In this document: positions 1 through 10,269 of the stretch, piece by piece
Layout of the letters: the number at the start of each line of letters is the position of its first letter
Numbering within the stretch: position 1 is the stretch's first letter
The notes under the pieces: model-generated
Database searches by the model: none
What the model was told of the DNA's origin: nothing
What the model saw: the letters and a program-made list of their open reading frames with translations, nothing else
Translations under genes and position numbers: made by a program
IMG/VR virus record: IMGVR_UViG_3300030055_000003
Length of the DNA stretch: 64,000 bases
Source of the DNA: a virus
Lineage: Duplodnaviria > Caudoviricetes
Direction: 5' to 3' (one strand)

Positions 1-43
1 ATTTTTGTAAACCTTGTTGAATTTGTCGCTGTTATTTTCATAA

Positions 44-247
44 TTATTCCTCCTCATCTTCATTTAAATATAGTAAACAATCTGTGCTAATTTTTAAAGT
101 TCCACACTTTGGACACGCTAATATCTCAACCTTTTCATCATATGTATCATCATCTCTGTTTTTCTTTTGAATTGTAGCTACTAGATTTATTTTTACAAAC
201 TTATTATCAAAATCCCATGATTCATATTTACAAGCTTCACATTTCAT
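44..247 (-). CDS. Small Zn-finger-like hypothetical protein
   Basis: CxxC at both ends. Confidence 0.65.
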   Translation of the reverse strand: MKCEACKYESWDFDNKFVKINLVATIQKKNRDDDTYDEKVEILACPKCGTLKISTDCLLYLNEDEEE

Positions 248-261
248 TATTATAACCTCTC

Positions 262-552
262 TTATTTTAAATATTTTTCTAATTCATCACCAAGAAATTG
301 AAAATCTTGTAAATCTCCACTCATTTCTGGTTTAGCAAATTTTACATCACTTTTCTCACTGGCTTTCTTATAGAATTTTTCAGCTATCATTTTCTTTAAT
401 TGTTCAGTTTCTTCACTATCAGAATTGACTATTTCTTTAAATATATCTTTTCTTGTTAATTCTTCACATGAACATAATGCCGTCCACATTGACTCATTAG
501 TGAATATTAATTGTTCTATAAAATCATCTGTTTCTTTTTTAGTAAATTTCAT
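262..552 (-). CDS. Hypothetical protein
   Basis: ORF with AGGAGG RBS. Confidence 0.75.
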   Translation of the reverse strand: MKFTKKETDDFIEQLIFTNESMWTALCSCEELTRKDIFKEIVNSDSEETEQLKKMIAEKFYKKASEKSDVKFAKPEMSGDLQDFQFLGDELEKYLK

Positions 553-600
553 AATTTTTATGCCTCCTAAAGTCCCTATTTAAGCCGTTCTTAAAACCTA

Positions 601-625
601 ATATTACCATAAAATGGCTCTTTTA
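601..625 (-). promoter_or_regulatory. TAAAA-N6-TTTTA palindrome followed by TGGTAATAT (class-2 promoter-like motif)
   Basis: TAAAAtggctcTTTTA at 610-625; the same architecture recurs in many intergenic gaps. Confidence 0.5.
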
Positions 626-637
626 AAGCCTTTACAT

Positions 638-883
638 CTATTCTTTCTTTGGAAATTCTATTAATTTTCCTTCTTTTTTAACTCCATTCATTTCATCTAT
701 ATCTTCTTCTTCCATTCTTGTGTTCATTTGATCTTCTGCTTGCTGACTTATATGATTATCAATTAACCATATATTTATTTCTTCATGAATTTCAAAGCCA
801 ATTGATATATCATCAGTATTAACCATTTTCTCCATTAATTTTTCATATTCCCTATATTGCACTTCAGTATATAATTTTTTCAT
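638..883 (-). CDS. Hypothetical protein
   Basis: ORF with RBS. Confidence 0.75.
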   Translation of the reverse strand: MKKLYTEVQYREYEKLMEKMVNTDDISIGFEIHEEINIWLIDNHISQQAEDQMNTRMEEEDIDEMNGVKKEGKLIEFPKKE

Positions 884-895
884 ATTTAAATCCTC

Positions 896-1378
896 CTATA
901 ATAACTCTTTAATAAACATATTATAATCACAACTATTAATTTCTAAACCTAATTTACTTATATATTCATATAATTCTTTTTCTTTCTCACTAAATATATT
1001 CTTTAATGCTGGAACATAATTAGCTTTTTCTAGGGCAAAATATAATTGTTGGCTATCTAATTCTGCAAAAATATAATATTGTATATTATATAATTTTGAT
1101 AATCTTCTAAGTTCTTTAACTTCGTATTTTGACAACGCAGTAACATCAATTACTTCATTCTTCTTATTAATAATAACGCAATGTCTAACTAAATAGTGGT
1201 CTTGCCCTCCAGTATAACAATAACCAATTTTATATTCTCCCTTATGGTAATCTTCTAATAATAGATTTGCCAATATGTTTATACAATTATTATAACAATG
1301 ACCTTTTTCAATTAAGTCTTTGGATTCTAAATACAACTCATATGTTTTATTTATATTTAATTTTAAATTTTTTATCAT
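896..1378 (-). CDS. Hypothetical protein
   Basis: 160-aa ORF in operon. Confidence 0.75.
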   Translation of the reverse strand: MIKNLKLNINKTYELYLESKDLIEKGHCYNNCINILANLLLEDYHKGEYKIGYCYTGGQDHYLVRHCVIINKKNEVIDVTALSKYEVKELRRLSKLYNIQYYIFAELDSQQLYFALEKANYVPALKNIFSEKEKELYEYISKLGLEINSCDYNMFIKELL

Positions 1379-1410
1379 TAGCTTTTCCCTTTCATTATAA
1401 ACTTATTGCT

Positions 1411-1638
1411 TTATTGACTTATATTTTTTATTAATTCTTTTATATTTATTTCAGATTCATAAATACTTTCTAATAAATTTAATGTCTTCTTTAATTGAAT
1501 ATCATCTAAAGTATTTAATAACAATACATTTTTATCTATTATAATATTTTGATTCTTTATATTAAAATTATGTTCATTTGTTTTGCAAATATAACCATCT
1601 AATAATTTTATATATTCCTGTATTTTTGTTTTACACAA
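1411..1638 (-). CDS. Hypothetical protein
   Basis: TTG start with RBS. Confidence 0.65.
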   Translation of the reverse strand: MCKTKIQEYIKLLDGYICKTNEHNFNIKNQNIIIDKNVLLLNTLDDIQLKKTLNLLESIYESEINIKELIKNISQ

Positions 1639-1852
1639 TTTAAAATCACCTCTCTCATTTATTGATATATTCCCTCAAAATAATCTTCTGTAATATCATT
1701 ATCTTGTTCATCATATATTAATTCACATTCTTCACATTCAAAGAAATCCAAATCTTCCATTTGCTTTAACTCATTGCCACATCTTTTACAATCCATTTTA
1801 CTCACCTCGCTTCAATTAAAAGATATTTTAACACTTTATTTTCAAATCTATT

Positions 1853-2260
1853 TTATAGCAACCATTTTCCTGTATTTAAATCAATGAATTTCGATAGTTT
1901 TATATCTGAATGAAATTCATCACCATATTCACCTGCTGAAGTCCGAGCATTTAATTTAAAGGGTATATTATATAATCTTCCACTTTTTGTTTTAGAAATA
2001 AGATTATTTTCAATAAAGTACAATAGAATCTTTTTATGTGTTCTGATATCATCACAATTAAGATAAAAACAAGTAACTCCTATTTCTTCATCTGTATGTT
2101 TTGATTCACCAACAATATTCTTTTTTATGGTATCCTCACATATTTTAGCTACAAATTCTTTATCTTTAAAGAAATACATCCATTTTCCAGATTTATTAGA
2201 ATCAAACTTATAAAATTCATCAACATAATGAATCCATCCACAACGTTTTATTATTTCCAT
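1853..2260 (-). CDS. Bles03/DUF1917-like (eIF4E-like fold) protein
   Basis: SGKWMYFF motif and downstream pattern resemble the GKW-M/L-L/Y-F family motif. Confidence 0.4.
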   Translation of the reverse strand: MEIIKRCGWIHYVDEFYKFDSNKSGKWMYFFKDKEFVAKICEDTIKKNIVGESKHTDEEIGVTCFYLNCDDIRTHKKILLYFIENNLISKTKSGRLYNIPFKLNARTSAGEYGDEFHSDIKLSKFIDLNTGKWLL

Positions 2261-2344
2261 AATTGTATCTCCTTTTATGTTTTTATTTTTAATAAAAGAT
2301 AGAATTTATGTTAATAACAATTTTTTCCCTTCATGTTTTATCAT

Positions 2345-2611
2345 TTACAATTTCCCTTTCCAATATATAATACTTTTAAAATTAAAATATTCTTTGACTT
2401 CATATGGTTCTGTCAATACTCCATGTATTTCATTATCTTGAAAATAAAATGAATACTTCTTATCTAATATTTGAACCTTAATTGTTTGACCTTTTTTATC
2501 ACATTCTATAATTTTACCTTTTACACTAAAATATTCATCAAGTTCAAATAATTCTCTATTTGTTTCATTGATAAATTCTTCTATTTTCTTAACTATTTCT
2601 TTTTCTTCCAT
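2345..2611 (-). CDS. Hypothetical protein
   Basis: ORF with RBS. Confidence 0.7.
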   Translation of the reverse strand: MEEKEIVKKIEEFINETNRELFELDEYFSVKGKIIECDKKGQTIKVQILDKKYSFYFQDNEIHGVLTEPYEVKEYFNFKSIIYWKGKL

Positions 2612-2612
2612 T

Positions 2613-2810
2613 TTATAATTCCTCCCCTATTTTATAATTTAATTCTTCTTCCATATCTTTAACAATTCCAATTCGACAACATTCAAATATCTTATAAATT
2701 TTATCTTTAGAATCCTTTATAAATTCGTTACATTCTTCCATATCTTCAAACCATTCATAAGTAGTATATCCTTTCACATGTATATAAGTTAATAATATGT
2801 TTCTATCCAT
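2613..2810 (-). CDS. Hypothetical protein
   Basis: Translationally coupled ORF. Confidence 0.7.
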   Translation of the reverse strand: MDRNILLTYIHVKGYTTYEWFEDMEECNEFIKDSKDKIYKIFECCRIGIVKDMEEELNYKIGEEL

Positions 2811-3091
2811 TATACTTCCTCCTCATATGCCCATATATTTAATACTTGATTACTGTATGGTAATTTTATACCTTTACTTTCAAAAAAATCTCTAATAAAT
2901 TTTTCACATTCTTTATTAGGATTAGGTAACATGTATTGTGAATCTATAAATTCATCTACTATTTGAAGTTTATAGCTTTTTACAATATTATTAACTTGAC
3001 CATCTCTGATTATTCTTAAACAAGTTCCTTTATCTTTTAATGTTGAATTTATTTCTTCTAATATTTCAGTTGTTATTAAATCTTTTTGCAT
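2810..3091 (-). CDS. Hypothetical protein
   Basis: ORF with RBS. Confidence 0.7.
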   Translation of the reverse strand: MQKDLITTEILEEINSTLKDKGTCLRIIRDGQVNNIVKSYKLQIVDEFIDSQYMLPNPNKECEKFIRDFFESKGIKLPYSNQVLNIWAYEEEV

Positions 3092-3134
3092 TTCAATTCC
3101 TCCTAAATTTTGTTAAAATATAGTTTTTAAGGTC

Positions 3135-3542
3135 TTATTCACACTCTTTACCTTGCAATGCTCTTTCCAATATTTCTTTTAAATTAAATATATCTTCATA
3201 TGTCAAATTATTCTTAAAATATTTTTTATCTCTTGATGCTTTATTAAACAAGGTAAATAAATTTTCTTCAACTTCTATTATATTATACCAAGTTTTTAAT
3301 TCGTCAGTTACAACATAATATTTAGATTCCAAATGTTTTAGAAGTTCATTGTTATCTAACCTAATACTTCCTTTAGCGGTTCTTTTTATGATCTTTCTAT
3401 TCCTAACAGTATAACTATCACCCCAAGAGTTCCATTCAATTTCAACTAAAGTATCACCTTCTTTTAGATTGTTCCATATTACTTCTCTTTCTTCTTTACT
3501 TATTATTGGCAATTTTAAATCTTTCATTTGATTCCACTCCAT
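3135..3542 (-). CDS. Hypothetical protein (SH3-like beta-barrel N-terminus)
   Basis: LKEGDTLV...RKIIKRTAKGSIRLD pattern. Confidence 0.6.
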   Translation of the reverse strand: MEWNQMKDLKLPIISKEEREVIWNNLKEGDTLVEIEWNSWGDSYTVRNRKIIKRTAKGSIRLDNNELLKHLESKYYVVTDELKTWYNIIEVEENLFTLFNKASRDKKYFKNNLTYEDIFNLKEILERALQGKECE

Positions 3543-3602
3543 TTCATTATTAATATTATATCCAATTTATATGTATCTGTCATTCCTTATTAGCTTATCT
3601 TT

Positions 3603-3653
3603 AGTATAAATCTTCCAACCTAATAAGTCAATAGTCTTTCTATTAATTTATTT
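3603..3653 (-). promoter_or_regulatory. sigmaA promoter with upstream 16-bp operator copy
   Basis: TTGACT (3626-3631)-N17-TATACT (3603-3608); TTCTATTAATTTATTT at 3638-3653. Confidence 0.75.
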
Positions 3654-3712
3654 AAATAATATAAAAAGTTTCTAACAAATTTAATCTCTGCTAGAAACTT
3701 CTATGTTGTTAT

Positions 3713-3916
3713 TTAATTAAATCCTCCTAATATCCATTGAATTATTTTTATTGGTAACCAAAGTAACCACATTATTAGCCATACCCAAATAGGTATACAC
3801 AATGGAAAGAATCCATCTGAAAAATCTACCCATGTCCAATGAAAATCTCTTATATCTTTAGGTTTTATAAACCAAAAACCTATAAACATATAAATTCCAA
3901 AAGCTATGTACATCAT
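3713..3916 (-). CDS. Small membrane protein
   Basis: Two hydrophobic, Trp-rich segments. Confidence 0.7.
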   Translation of the reverse strand: MMYIAFGIYMFIGFWFIKPKDIRDFHWTWVDFSDGFFPLCIPIWVWLIMWLLWLPIKIIQWILGGFN

Positions 3917-3962
3917 ACAACCTCCTTTCTTCTGTTAATTTATTTACCTTCAAATTAGAATT

Positions 3963-4304
3963 TTAACAGAATACTTTTTCTAATTCAATTCTCTTAAATC
4001 TACATTCAATAAATTCATCTCCTACTTTTAAATTCACACTTATAGGATATTCAGGATATTTTACATCTACACCTAACACATATCCTATTTTACCTTTCAT
4101 ATTTTTTAAATCTTCTATTTCTATCTTGACCATTGCTTTGTCACCAATTAATAAATCGCCTAATAATTCTTTTTCGGCTAAAGTAGGTTCACAAAATTCT
4201 TGATAGAATATTCCTGTCATTTCATCTTCATTTATATCTTGTTTGACTTGTTCTTTTACTATTTTAGTAGCCCTTTTGGCTAAATCCCATAGATCTTTAC
4301 TCAT
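3963..4304 (-). CDS. Hypothetical protein
   Basis: ORF with RBS. Confidence 0.7.
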   Translation of the reverse strand: MSKDLWDLAKRATKIVKEQVKQDINEDEMTGIFYQEFCEPTLAEKELLGDLLIGDKAMVKIEIEDLKNMKGKIGYVLGVDVKYPEYPISVNLKVGDEFIECRFKRIELEKVFC

Positions 4305-4320
4305 TACAATTTATCCTCCT

Positions 4321-4527
4321 TTAATAATCTATTTCATTGCCATCTTTATCTAAGCATCTTTCAGCACCATATGAAAATTGATAATATACTCCACATTCAC
4401 ACTCTAGTTCTTCTTCACAAGTCATAGGATTCAATAAAGACAATCCTTCCCAATGAATCTGTTTCATTTCTTTGCCACACTTTGGACAATTCATAATCTC
4501 ACTTCCTTTCAACTTCCAATGAAACAT
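4321..4527 (-). CDS. Zn-ribbon hypothetical protein
   Basis: CPKC...CEC motifs. Confidence 0.65.
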   Translation of the reverse strand: MFHWKLKGSEIMNCPKCGKEMKQIHWEGLSLLNPMTCEEELECECGVYYQFSYGAERCLDKDGNEIDY

Positions 4528-4543
4528 TTATTTTATTTGCTTT

Positions 4544-5011
4544 TTAATTTGAACACTCTATCATATTTTTAATAACTGTTACTGTGTTTTTCAAAGCTTT
4601 ATTTAATATTTCCTCATTAATTTCAACATCTCTTACATCACCACTTCTAGACATTCCAGCACATACACAATCTGTTATCATTTCTAATACATCAAGTAAA
4701 TTTACATCTTCAGGACAATTAGATAATAGATGATGTCTTTCTTTGGCTATATGTAGTTGATACCATTCGTTATTAACAAAATCAGTTCCTTCATTCATTG
4801 TTGATAAAAGGTTATTATAAAATAGTTCTTCATCAGTTTTCTTCGTAATATCATGAGAGAAACCTATATCCATTATCATATAAGCTAACTCTTTCATGAC
4901 ATTTTTAACATCTCGCCTATGCATATCATTTGCTTGTTGAAATTCCTCAAAACTTACATCTTTTTTAGCCGTTCTTGTGTCTCCATTTGGATTTTTATAA
5001 ATTTTTACCAT
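4544..5011 (-). CDS. DUF5662-like HD-fold protein (putative phosphohydrolase)
   Basis: H...HDITK...ERHH...LLDVLEMITDCVCA motif series. Confidence 0.65.
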   Translation of the reverse strand: MVKIYKNPNGDTRTAKKDVSFEEFQQANDMHRRDVKNVMKELAYMIMDIGFSHDITKKTDEELFYNNLLSTMNEGTDFVNNEWYQLHIAKERHHLLSNCPEDVNLLDVLEMITDCVCAGMSRSGDVRDVEINEEILNKALKNTVTVIKNMIECSN

Positions 5012-5059
5012 ATACTCTCCTCCTTATATTTACCATAAAATAACATATCTATCGTGTTT

Positions 5060-5359
5060 TTAATCCCATTTAAATTTTTTACAACTTATTTTACTAGGTA
5101 TAAAAGAAACATCGCTTTCTATTGGCTTTAATATATCAATAGGCAACTCTTTTGTATAATTACAACCCCTAAGTTTGCAATCTTTACATATAGTAACTCT
5201 AAATTCATCAGCTCTTTCGTCATAGGATTTAGAGTTATATTCTTTAATCATATATTTATATAACAATTTTGACATTGTTTCTTTGTCTTTTTGTAAATAT
5301 TCATATTTAGTTTTTATTGTTCTTAATTCTTCTATTTCTTTAATTAATTCATCAATCAT
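5060..5359 (-). CDS. Hypothetical protein
   Basis: ORF with RBS. Confidence 0.7.
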   Translation of the reverse strand: MIDELIKEIEELRTIKTKYEYLQKDKETMSKLLYKYMIKEYNSKSYDERADEFRVTICKDCKLRGCNYTKELPIDILKPIESDVSFIPSKISCKKFKWD

Positions 5360-5605
5360 TTTCCTATCTCCTTTTTATAATTTATTAATATTCCATTCAA
5401 ATCCATATTTTATTGCCTTTTTATTTATTAAAAGTCTCTTTATATAATTTATCTATTTTCTTTTCTAAAGAATTACTAGCTTCTGAGCCATCAGATTCAC
5501 CACACATCATATCACTTAACCATAATATTTCTGAATCAGATAATTCTAATACTTTAATTTTATTTTTTAATTCATTATACATATTAATATCCTCCCATCT
5601 TTTAA

Positions 5606-5908
5606 TTAAACATTTAAAACCGTTGGAAATCCTAAATATTGTACACTGTCCACATCTTCTTGTTCCTCATATGTTTTAATAGTTTCTTCAATGCTATTAT
5701 GATTTATTTCTTCAATGTCATCATCGCCATCAGTATAATTAATTAGTATTAATGGTTTGCTTTTATTATCTATAATTTCTGGCAAACTACCATAATGTTT
5801 TCCTTGACCAATAAAATTACTATTTATGAAACTCTTAATTACCTCATAATTTTCACCTCTTATATCAAAAAATTGTTCTCCATCTAAATCTAAAAACATT
5901 CTCTTCAT
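5606..5908 (-). CDS. Hypothetical protein
   Basis: ORF with RBS. Confidence 0.7.
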   Translation of the reverse strand: MKRMFLDLDGEQFFDIRGENYEVIKSFINSNFIGQGKHYGSLPEIIDNKSKPLILINYTDGDDDIEEINHNSIEETIKTYEEQEDVDSVQYLGFPTVLNV

Positions 5909-6019
5909 CTTAATCTCTCCTTTATATTTTCTATTAATTTATTCTATTAAAATCAACCATTTACGGTAATTTCCTAGAACTGATTTTTATTTTTAATTCT
6001 AGGAAGTTATCTGTTTTTA

Positions 6020-6430
6020 TTATTTTAAAAATTCTGCAATTTCATCTAGTTCTAATTCAGTTTTCTTTTCATCAGATAATAACTTATCTAATTTAGACTC
6101 CATAACTTTAAGTTTTATTTCTTCATCTTTTCTAGAAAGAATATCTAATTTGGTTCTGACATCTACTATCCATTCGCCCACCTTGTATCCACTTATTTTA
6201 TAATCATCTAACATGCCTAAATCTTTAGCTGATAACATATAACAGTTTAATCTAACCATAAGTGGAATCAGTTGTTCTTTTTGCAAAGTATTAAGATTGA
6301 GTCTAACACCATCTAATTCTATAGAACAATTTGTTATAGGTATAAATCTGTTAACACCTTCTAATTTATTTTTCTTTTCTGCAATTTGTTTCTTTAACTC
6401 CATTATCTTTTTATCATTTATATTACTCAT
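6020..6430 (-). CDS. Conserved phage coiled-coil protein
   Basis: Coupled to upstream 367-aa gene; coiled-coil termini. Confidence 0.7.
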   Translation of the reverse strand: MSNINDKKIMELKKQIAEKKNKLEGVNRFIPITNCSIELDGVRLNLNTLQKEQLIPLMVRLNCYMLSAKDLGMLDDYKISGYKVGEWIVDVRTKLDILSRKDEEIKLKVMESKLDKLLSDEKKTELELDEIAEFLK

Positions 6431-6433
6431 TAT

Positions 6434-7537
6434 TTATCTCTCCCTTTCATATAGCTTTCCATTTTGTAAGTATTTATTTTTATACATTGGTTGGAATTCG
6501 TCATATATTTCTTTTAGTGTTGTATTCTTTATAAATCCGTTTTTATAAGTATCTGATTTATTATAAATATTATAATCATCAGTATCGTATTCACCTTGTT
6601 CATCTCTTCTTTTATCTAATTCCATTCTATTGTTTTCGCCACTATAAAAATAAAACCACCTTCTTTTATCTGCATCTTCTTTAAATTCTTTAAAAGTATA
6701 TTTAAATAATTTATCTTTACTTTCATCATAAGGGGAGTATTCAGTTTTTCTTTCTAGTCTATCAAATAAATCAGCATAGTTTTCAACACATTCTGAAGAT
6801 ACTATATCTATAAATTTATCTCCTAATGATTTTAATATTAATGTTTCTAAATAAGGCTCATCTCTGTAATTCAAAGACTCCTTCACAAAGAAATGATGTT
6901 TACCTTTATTTACATCTTTATAGATATAATCATAGTCATAACCATATCTGCTATTGTTTCTATATACTTTTTCTGAATCTCTTGACCATTTATCAAATCT
7001 TCCCATGTAAATCCATTCGTTCATTGATTTATCTTTATATGTAGCACCTATTATTAAGTCTTTTGCTTTAAATTTTTTATTCTCAAATAATACATCATTA
7101 AACTTTTGAATTTCTTGATAATCTGGAGATGATGTAGGAATTAATATTAAATCTTTTCCGTCCCATCCATATACAAATTCCCCTTCAAGCCCTTTTCCTT
7201 TTATTGCACTAGTATTTTCTAATATATATAATAGGTTTTCTATAGTTATCTCAAATTCAAAATCACGACTATCATAGATTCTTACATATGCTTGTCTATG
7301 ATCCCAACCATTTGAGTAATCCCCTACTTTCTTGTTTAAAACAAAACCTTCAGTTGGAACATTATCATATATTATGTTGTCTATTTCATCATCCCTCCAA
7401 CTATTCCATGAAGTTTCTTTTCTTAAAACTCCTTTATTGTCAAAATAAATAACATAAGCTAATTTCTTTGTATATGTATCTTCTCTATTTCGAAATCCTA
7501 CATTTATTTGTTTTGGTATAAAAATATTACTTTTCAT
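6434..7537 (-). CDS. Conserved phage protein of unknown function
   Basis: IFIPKxIxVGF...KKLAYVIY...RKETSWNSWRD...DSRDFEFEITIENLLYILEN conserved-looking blocks. Confidence 0.75.
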   Translation of the reverse strand: MKSNIFIPKQINVGFRNREDTYTKKLAYVIYFDNKGVLRKETSWNSWRDDEIDNIIYDNVPTEGFVLNKKVGDYSNGWDHRQAYVRIYDSRDFEFEITIENLLYILENTSAIKGKGLEGEFVYGWDGKDLILIPTSSPDYQEIQKFNDVLFENKKFKAKDLIIGATYKDKSMNEWIYMGRFDKWSRDSEKVYRNNSRYGYDYDYIYKDVNKGKHHFFVKESLNYRDEPYLETLILKSLGDKFIDIVSSECVENYADLFDRLERKTEYSPYDESKDKLFKYTFKEFKEDADKRRWFYFYSGENNRMELDKRRDEQGEYDTDDYNIYNKSDTYKNGFIKNTTLKEIYDEFQPMYKNKYLQNGKLYERER

Positions 7538-7591
7538 TTACTCATTTCCTTTCTTCTATTAATTTATTTAACACTTGTTAAAATTAACTAT

Positions 7592-8050
7592 TTATCTGCT
7601 TTGATATCTTTCAAATAATTCAACCATAGACATATGATTATATCTAGCTAAATCAACTGCTACTGCACATATATTACTTTCCGTAGAAACACCTAAACAA
7701 TAACATAAATAATCTAATAAGTGGTCATATTCCATATCATCAATCTCTTCATCATCTTCATATAATGGTTGCCTTAATGAACTAAAACATTCTAAAGCTT
7801 TGCCATTAATTATCTTTTGAGTATTTAGACTTCCCATATTACTGCCTTCAGCATATCTCCAACAACTATCAAGCCAATCATTTTCTGAATATTTATCATC
7901 ACATAATATATCAAATTCGTCTCTAGTTATACAATAAACTCTTATTTCTTCAGTTTCTTTCCAATCATACCCTTTCCAAGTTAATTTAGGGTTTATATTT
8001 AATCTTTTGAATTCTTTCTTTGGATTTCCCCATATTAATATTTCTATCAT
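7592..8050 (-). CDS. Hypothetical protein
   Basis: 152-aa ORF. Confidence 0.7.
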   Translation of the reverse strand: MIEILIWGNPKKEFKRLNINPKLTWKGYDWKETEEIRVYCITRDEFDILCDDKYSENDWLDSCWRYAEGSNMGSLNTQKIINGKALECFSSLRQPLYEDDEEIDDMEYDHLLDYLCYCLGVSTESNICAVAVDLARYNHMSMVELFERYQSR

Positions 8051-8340
8051 TTATTACTCTCCTCTAACATTTCATTGATTTGATTTATTTGTTCTTCTAA
8101 ATCTTTTCTAATTGTTATAAAGTCTGTTTCTTCAATAACTTTACCTTTTTCATCCAATACAACATCATAAATAATTTTTAACTTCAGCTCTCTATATGTA
8201 AACTCTTTATTTTCACAGTTCCAAATTTTATTCTTAAAATCTTCATACCAAAATATTAAAACTTCTTTTATACTTCTAAACTCTAAATCCACACCTGAAC
8301 CTACATTCATTTTTATAACTTCTTTTAACATTTTAATCAT
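8047..8340 (-). CDS. Hypothetical protein
   Basis: Overlapping stop/start. Confidence 0.7.
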   Translation of the reverse strand: MIKMLKEVIKMNVGSGVDLEFRSIKEVLIFWYEDFKNKIWNCENKEFTYRELKLKIIYDVVLDEKGKVIEETDFITIRKDLEEQINQINEMLEESNK

Positions 8341-8452
8341 TCTCCTTCATACTTATATATTATTATCTTAATTTATTATTTATGCTTTTCTGTAAAATGA
8401 ACTATTAAGAATAAAGCTATTGACACACCTACAGAAAACATTATTGCTTGCA

Positions 8453-8656
8453 TTATTCTTGTTCTTCTAAAATCCATTTATCTTGCATATACAAAAATAC
8501 TGGACATGGTCTATAAGTTCCATTAAGTTCTATCATCAAATCTCCATATACGCCTTTGAAGAGTTTGAATTTATCATCACCAACTCTTTTAAATTTTCTA
8601 TCCTTATTTGAAAGTTTATTTAAAAATGCTATTACTTGAAACATCGTACATTCCAT
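8453..8656 (-). CDS. Hypothetical protein
   Basis: ORF with RBS. Confidence 0.65.
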   Translation of the reverse strand: MECTMFQVIAFLNKLSNKDRKFKRVGDDKFKLFKGVYGDLMIELNGTYRPCPVFLYMQDKWILEEQE

Positions 8657-8661
8657 TTATT

Positions 8662-9216
8662 TTAATCCTCCTTTATAAATCCATCTAATAATGTGTAATT
8701 CAAGAAATTTTTATCTCTAAAATAAATATACATTTCATCATTATTTTTAAAATTCAAATCTCCTTTAAACCCTTTAAACTCACTCATTTCATATGTTAAC
8801 CTTTTAATAATATTAGATATACTATCCCCTCGTCTAATCATTCTAAATATTCTTATATACCAAGGCGTTTTTATATATAATGTTTTAATTTGAACATCTA
8901 TATTTTTTTCTTTTAAACTTTTTACTCCTGTAGGGAATAATAAATAAAAGTCTTTATTTTTTAAATCTTCTTCTATAGTATAATACCTATCTATTTTATC
9001 TTTATTTGGAACGGGTTGTCTTGCAATTGCTATAGCCCATTCCTCATTAGCTTGTTCTTCAGAAACAAATAAATGTGTATTTTCTCCTTTAAATCTTGGT
9101 TTACGTGTAGTTCTGCTGATTACTTTTTTCATATTGAAATCTTGGCATATTTTATCAGTGATATAATCTTTACCTGCTCCAGACTTTCCTACTGGTACAT
9201 ATAATATGTTACTCAT
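8662..9216 (-). CDS. gmk: Guanylate kinase-like nucleotide kinase
   Basis: P-loop GKSGAGKD; SRTTRKPRxxE...HLFVS. Confidence 0.85.
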   Translation of the reverse strand: MSNILYVPVGKSGAGKDYITDKICQDFNMKKVISRTTRKPRFKGENTHLFVSEEQANEEWAIAIARQPVPNKDKIDRYYTIEEDLKNKDFYLLFPTGVKSLKEKNIDVQIKTLYIKTPWYIRIFRMIRRGDSISNIIKRLTYEMSEFKGFKGDLNFKNNDEMYIYFRDKNFLNYTLLDGFIKED

Positions 9217-9578
9217 TATATTTCACCTCCAAAAACTGAAATATAAATTCCTTTTATTTTGTCTTTTTCTTTATAATGGATTCTGCCACATCTGTTGCTT
9301 TTACTATTATGTATTTCTGTAATTGTATTTGTTCTATTATCTTTGACTATTTTGAGGTAGCCATAATAACAAATATCTCTATCTTCATTAATACTATCAG
9401 TACTTGAACTATAAAACCCTCTGTTTAATTTGTACTGGATTTCAAAATCTGTAAGGTTATGACTTTTATTAGTAGTCTCTCTGTACTTATTAATTACATC
9501 TTTTTTAACTTTCAGCCAAGGAAAACCATTCTCAGTTAATTTACTTTTTAATTGTGATTTTTTAAATAATTTAAACAT
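9216..9578 (-). CDS. Hypothetical protein
   Basis: Coupled ORF. Confidence 0.7.
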   Translation of the reverse strand: MFKLFKKSQLKSKLTENGFPWLKVKKDVINKYRETTNKSHNLTDFEIQYKLNRGFYSSSTDSINEDRDICYYGYLKIVKDNRTNTITEIHNSKSNRCGRIHYKEKDKIKGIYISVFGGEI

Positions 9579-9613
9579 TTCTTTAACCTCTTTCTTCTAT
9601 TAATTTATTTGAA

Positions 9614-10117
9614 TTACTTTCCATACATATTTCCATAACCCTTACACCATGTTCTTGTATAATCATCTTTAATTATTTTTCCATCTCGTATTAACAAATA
9701 TCTACTCATACTTCCTTTATTATCTTCTTGATAATACCCAGGATTACTCTCAGTTTCTTTTTCTTCTTCATAATTAATATCTTCCCAATAATTTTCTTCC
9801 TCATATTGAAAATCAATTCGACCTTCAGCATTTGGAAAATATTTAAGTAAAAACTTTATCCATTCATAAGCTGGATTTCCATAATTCTTTAATTCTGTTC
9901 CAAAAAATATGTATACTGAACCATTTCCTCCACCATTAGCTATAGTGTCATGACATACCCATTTTCTTTCTAGTGTATCATTATCTGAATCTTTTAAAGT
10001 TGCATCTGATTCAAAATATTCTTTTGCTTGTTCTAATTTACTTTGTATTTCTCCTAAATTGTCACATCCTATACTATCAACATTTAACCATCCTCTTACT
10101 TGTGTATACATTCCCAT
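9614..10117 (-). CDS. Hypothetical protein
   Basis: MGMYT...G start pattern typical of phage ORFs. Confidence 0.7.
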   Translation of the reverse strand: MGMYTQVRGWLNVDSIGCDNLGEIQSKLEQAKEYFESDATLKDSDNDTLERKWVCHDTIANGGGNGSVYIFFGTELKNYGNPAYEWIKFLLKYFPNAEGRIDFQYEEENYWEDINYEEEKETESNPGYYQEDNKGSMSRYLLIRDGKIIKDDYTRTWCKGYGNMYGK

Positions 10118-10269
10118 TTTTCATTTCTCCTTTTCTCATTAATCTATCATTTTTGTAATTTGTTCAATTTTAAACTCTCTCATACTTCCATATACTCACT
10201 CATACTCTTGTTTTCAAGTCTAACTTTTAATTAAAATCAGTATTTAAAAATGAAAATGATTATCAATTG

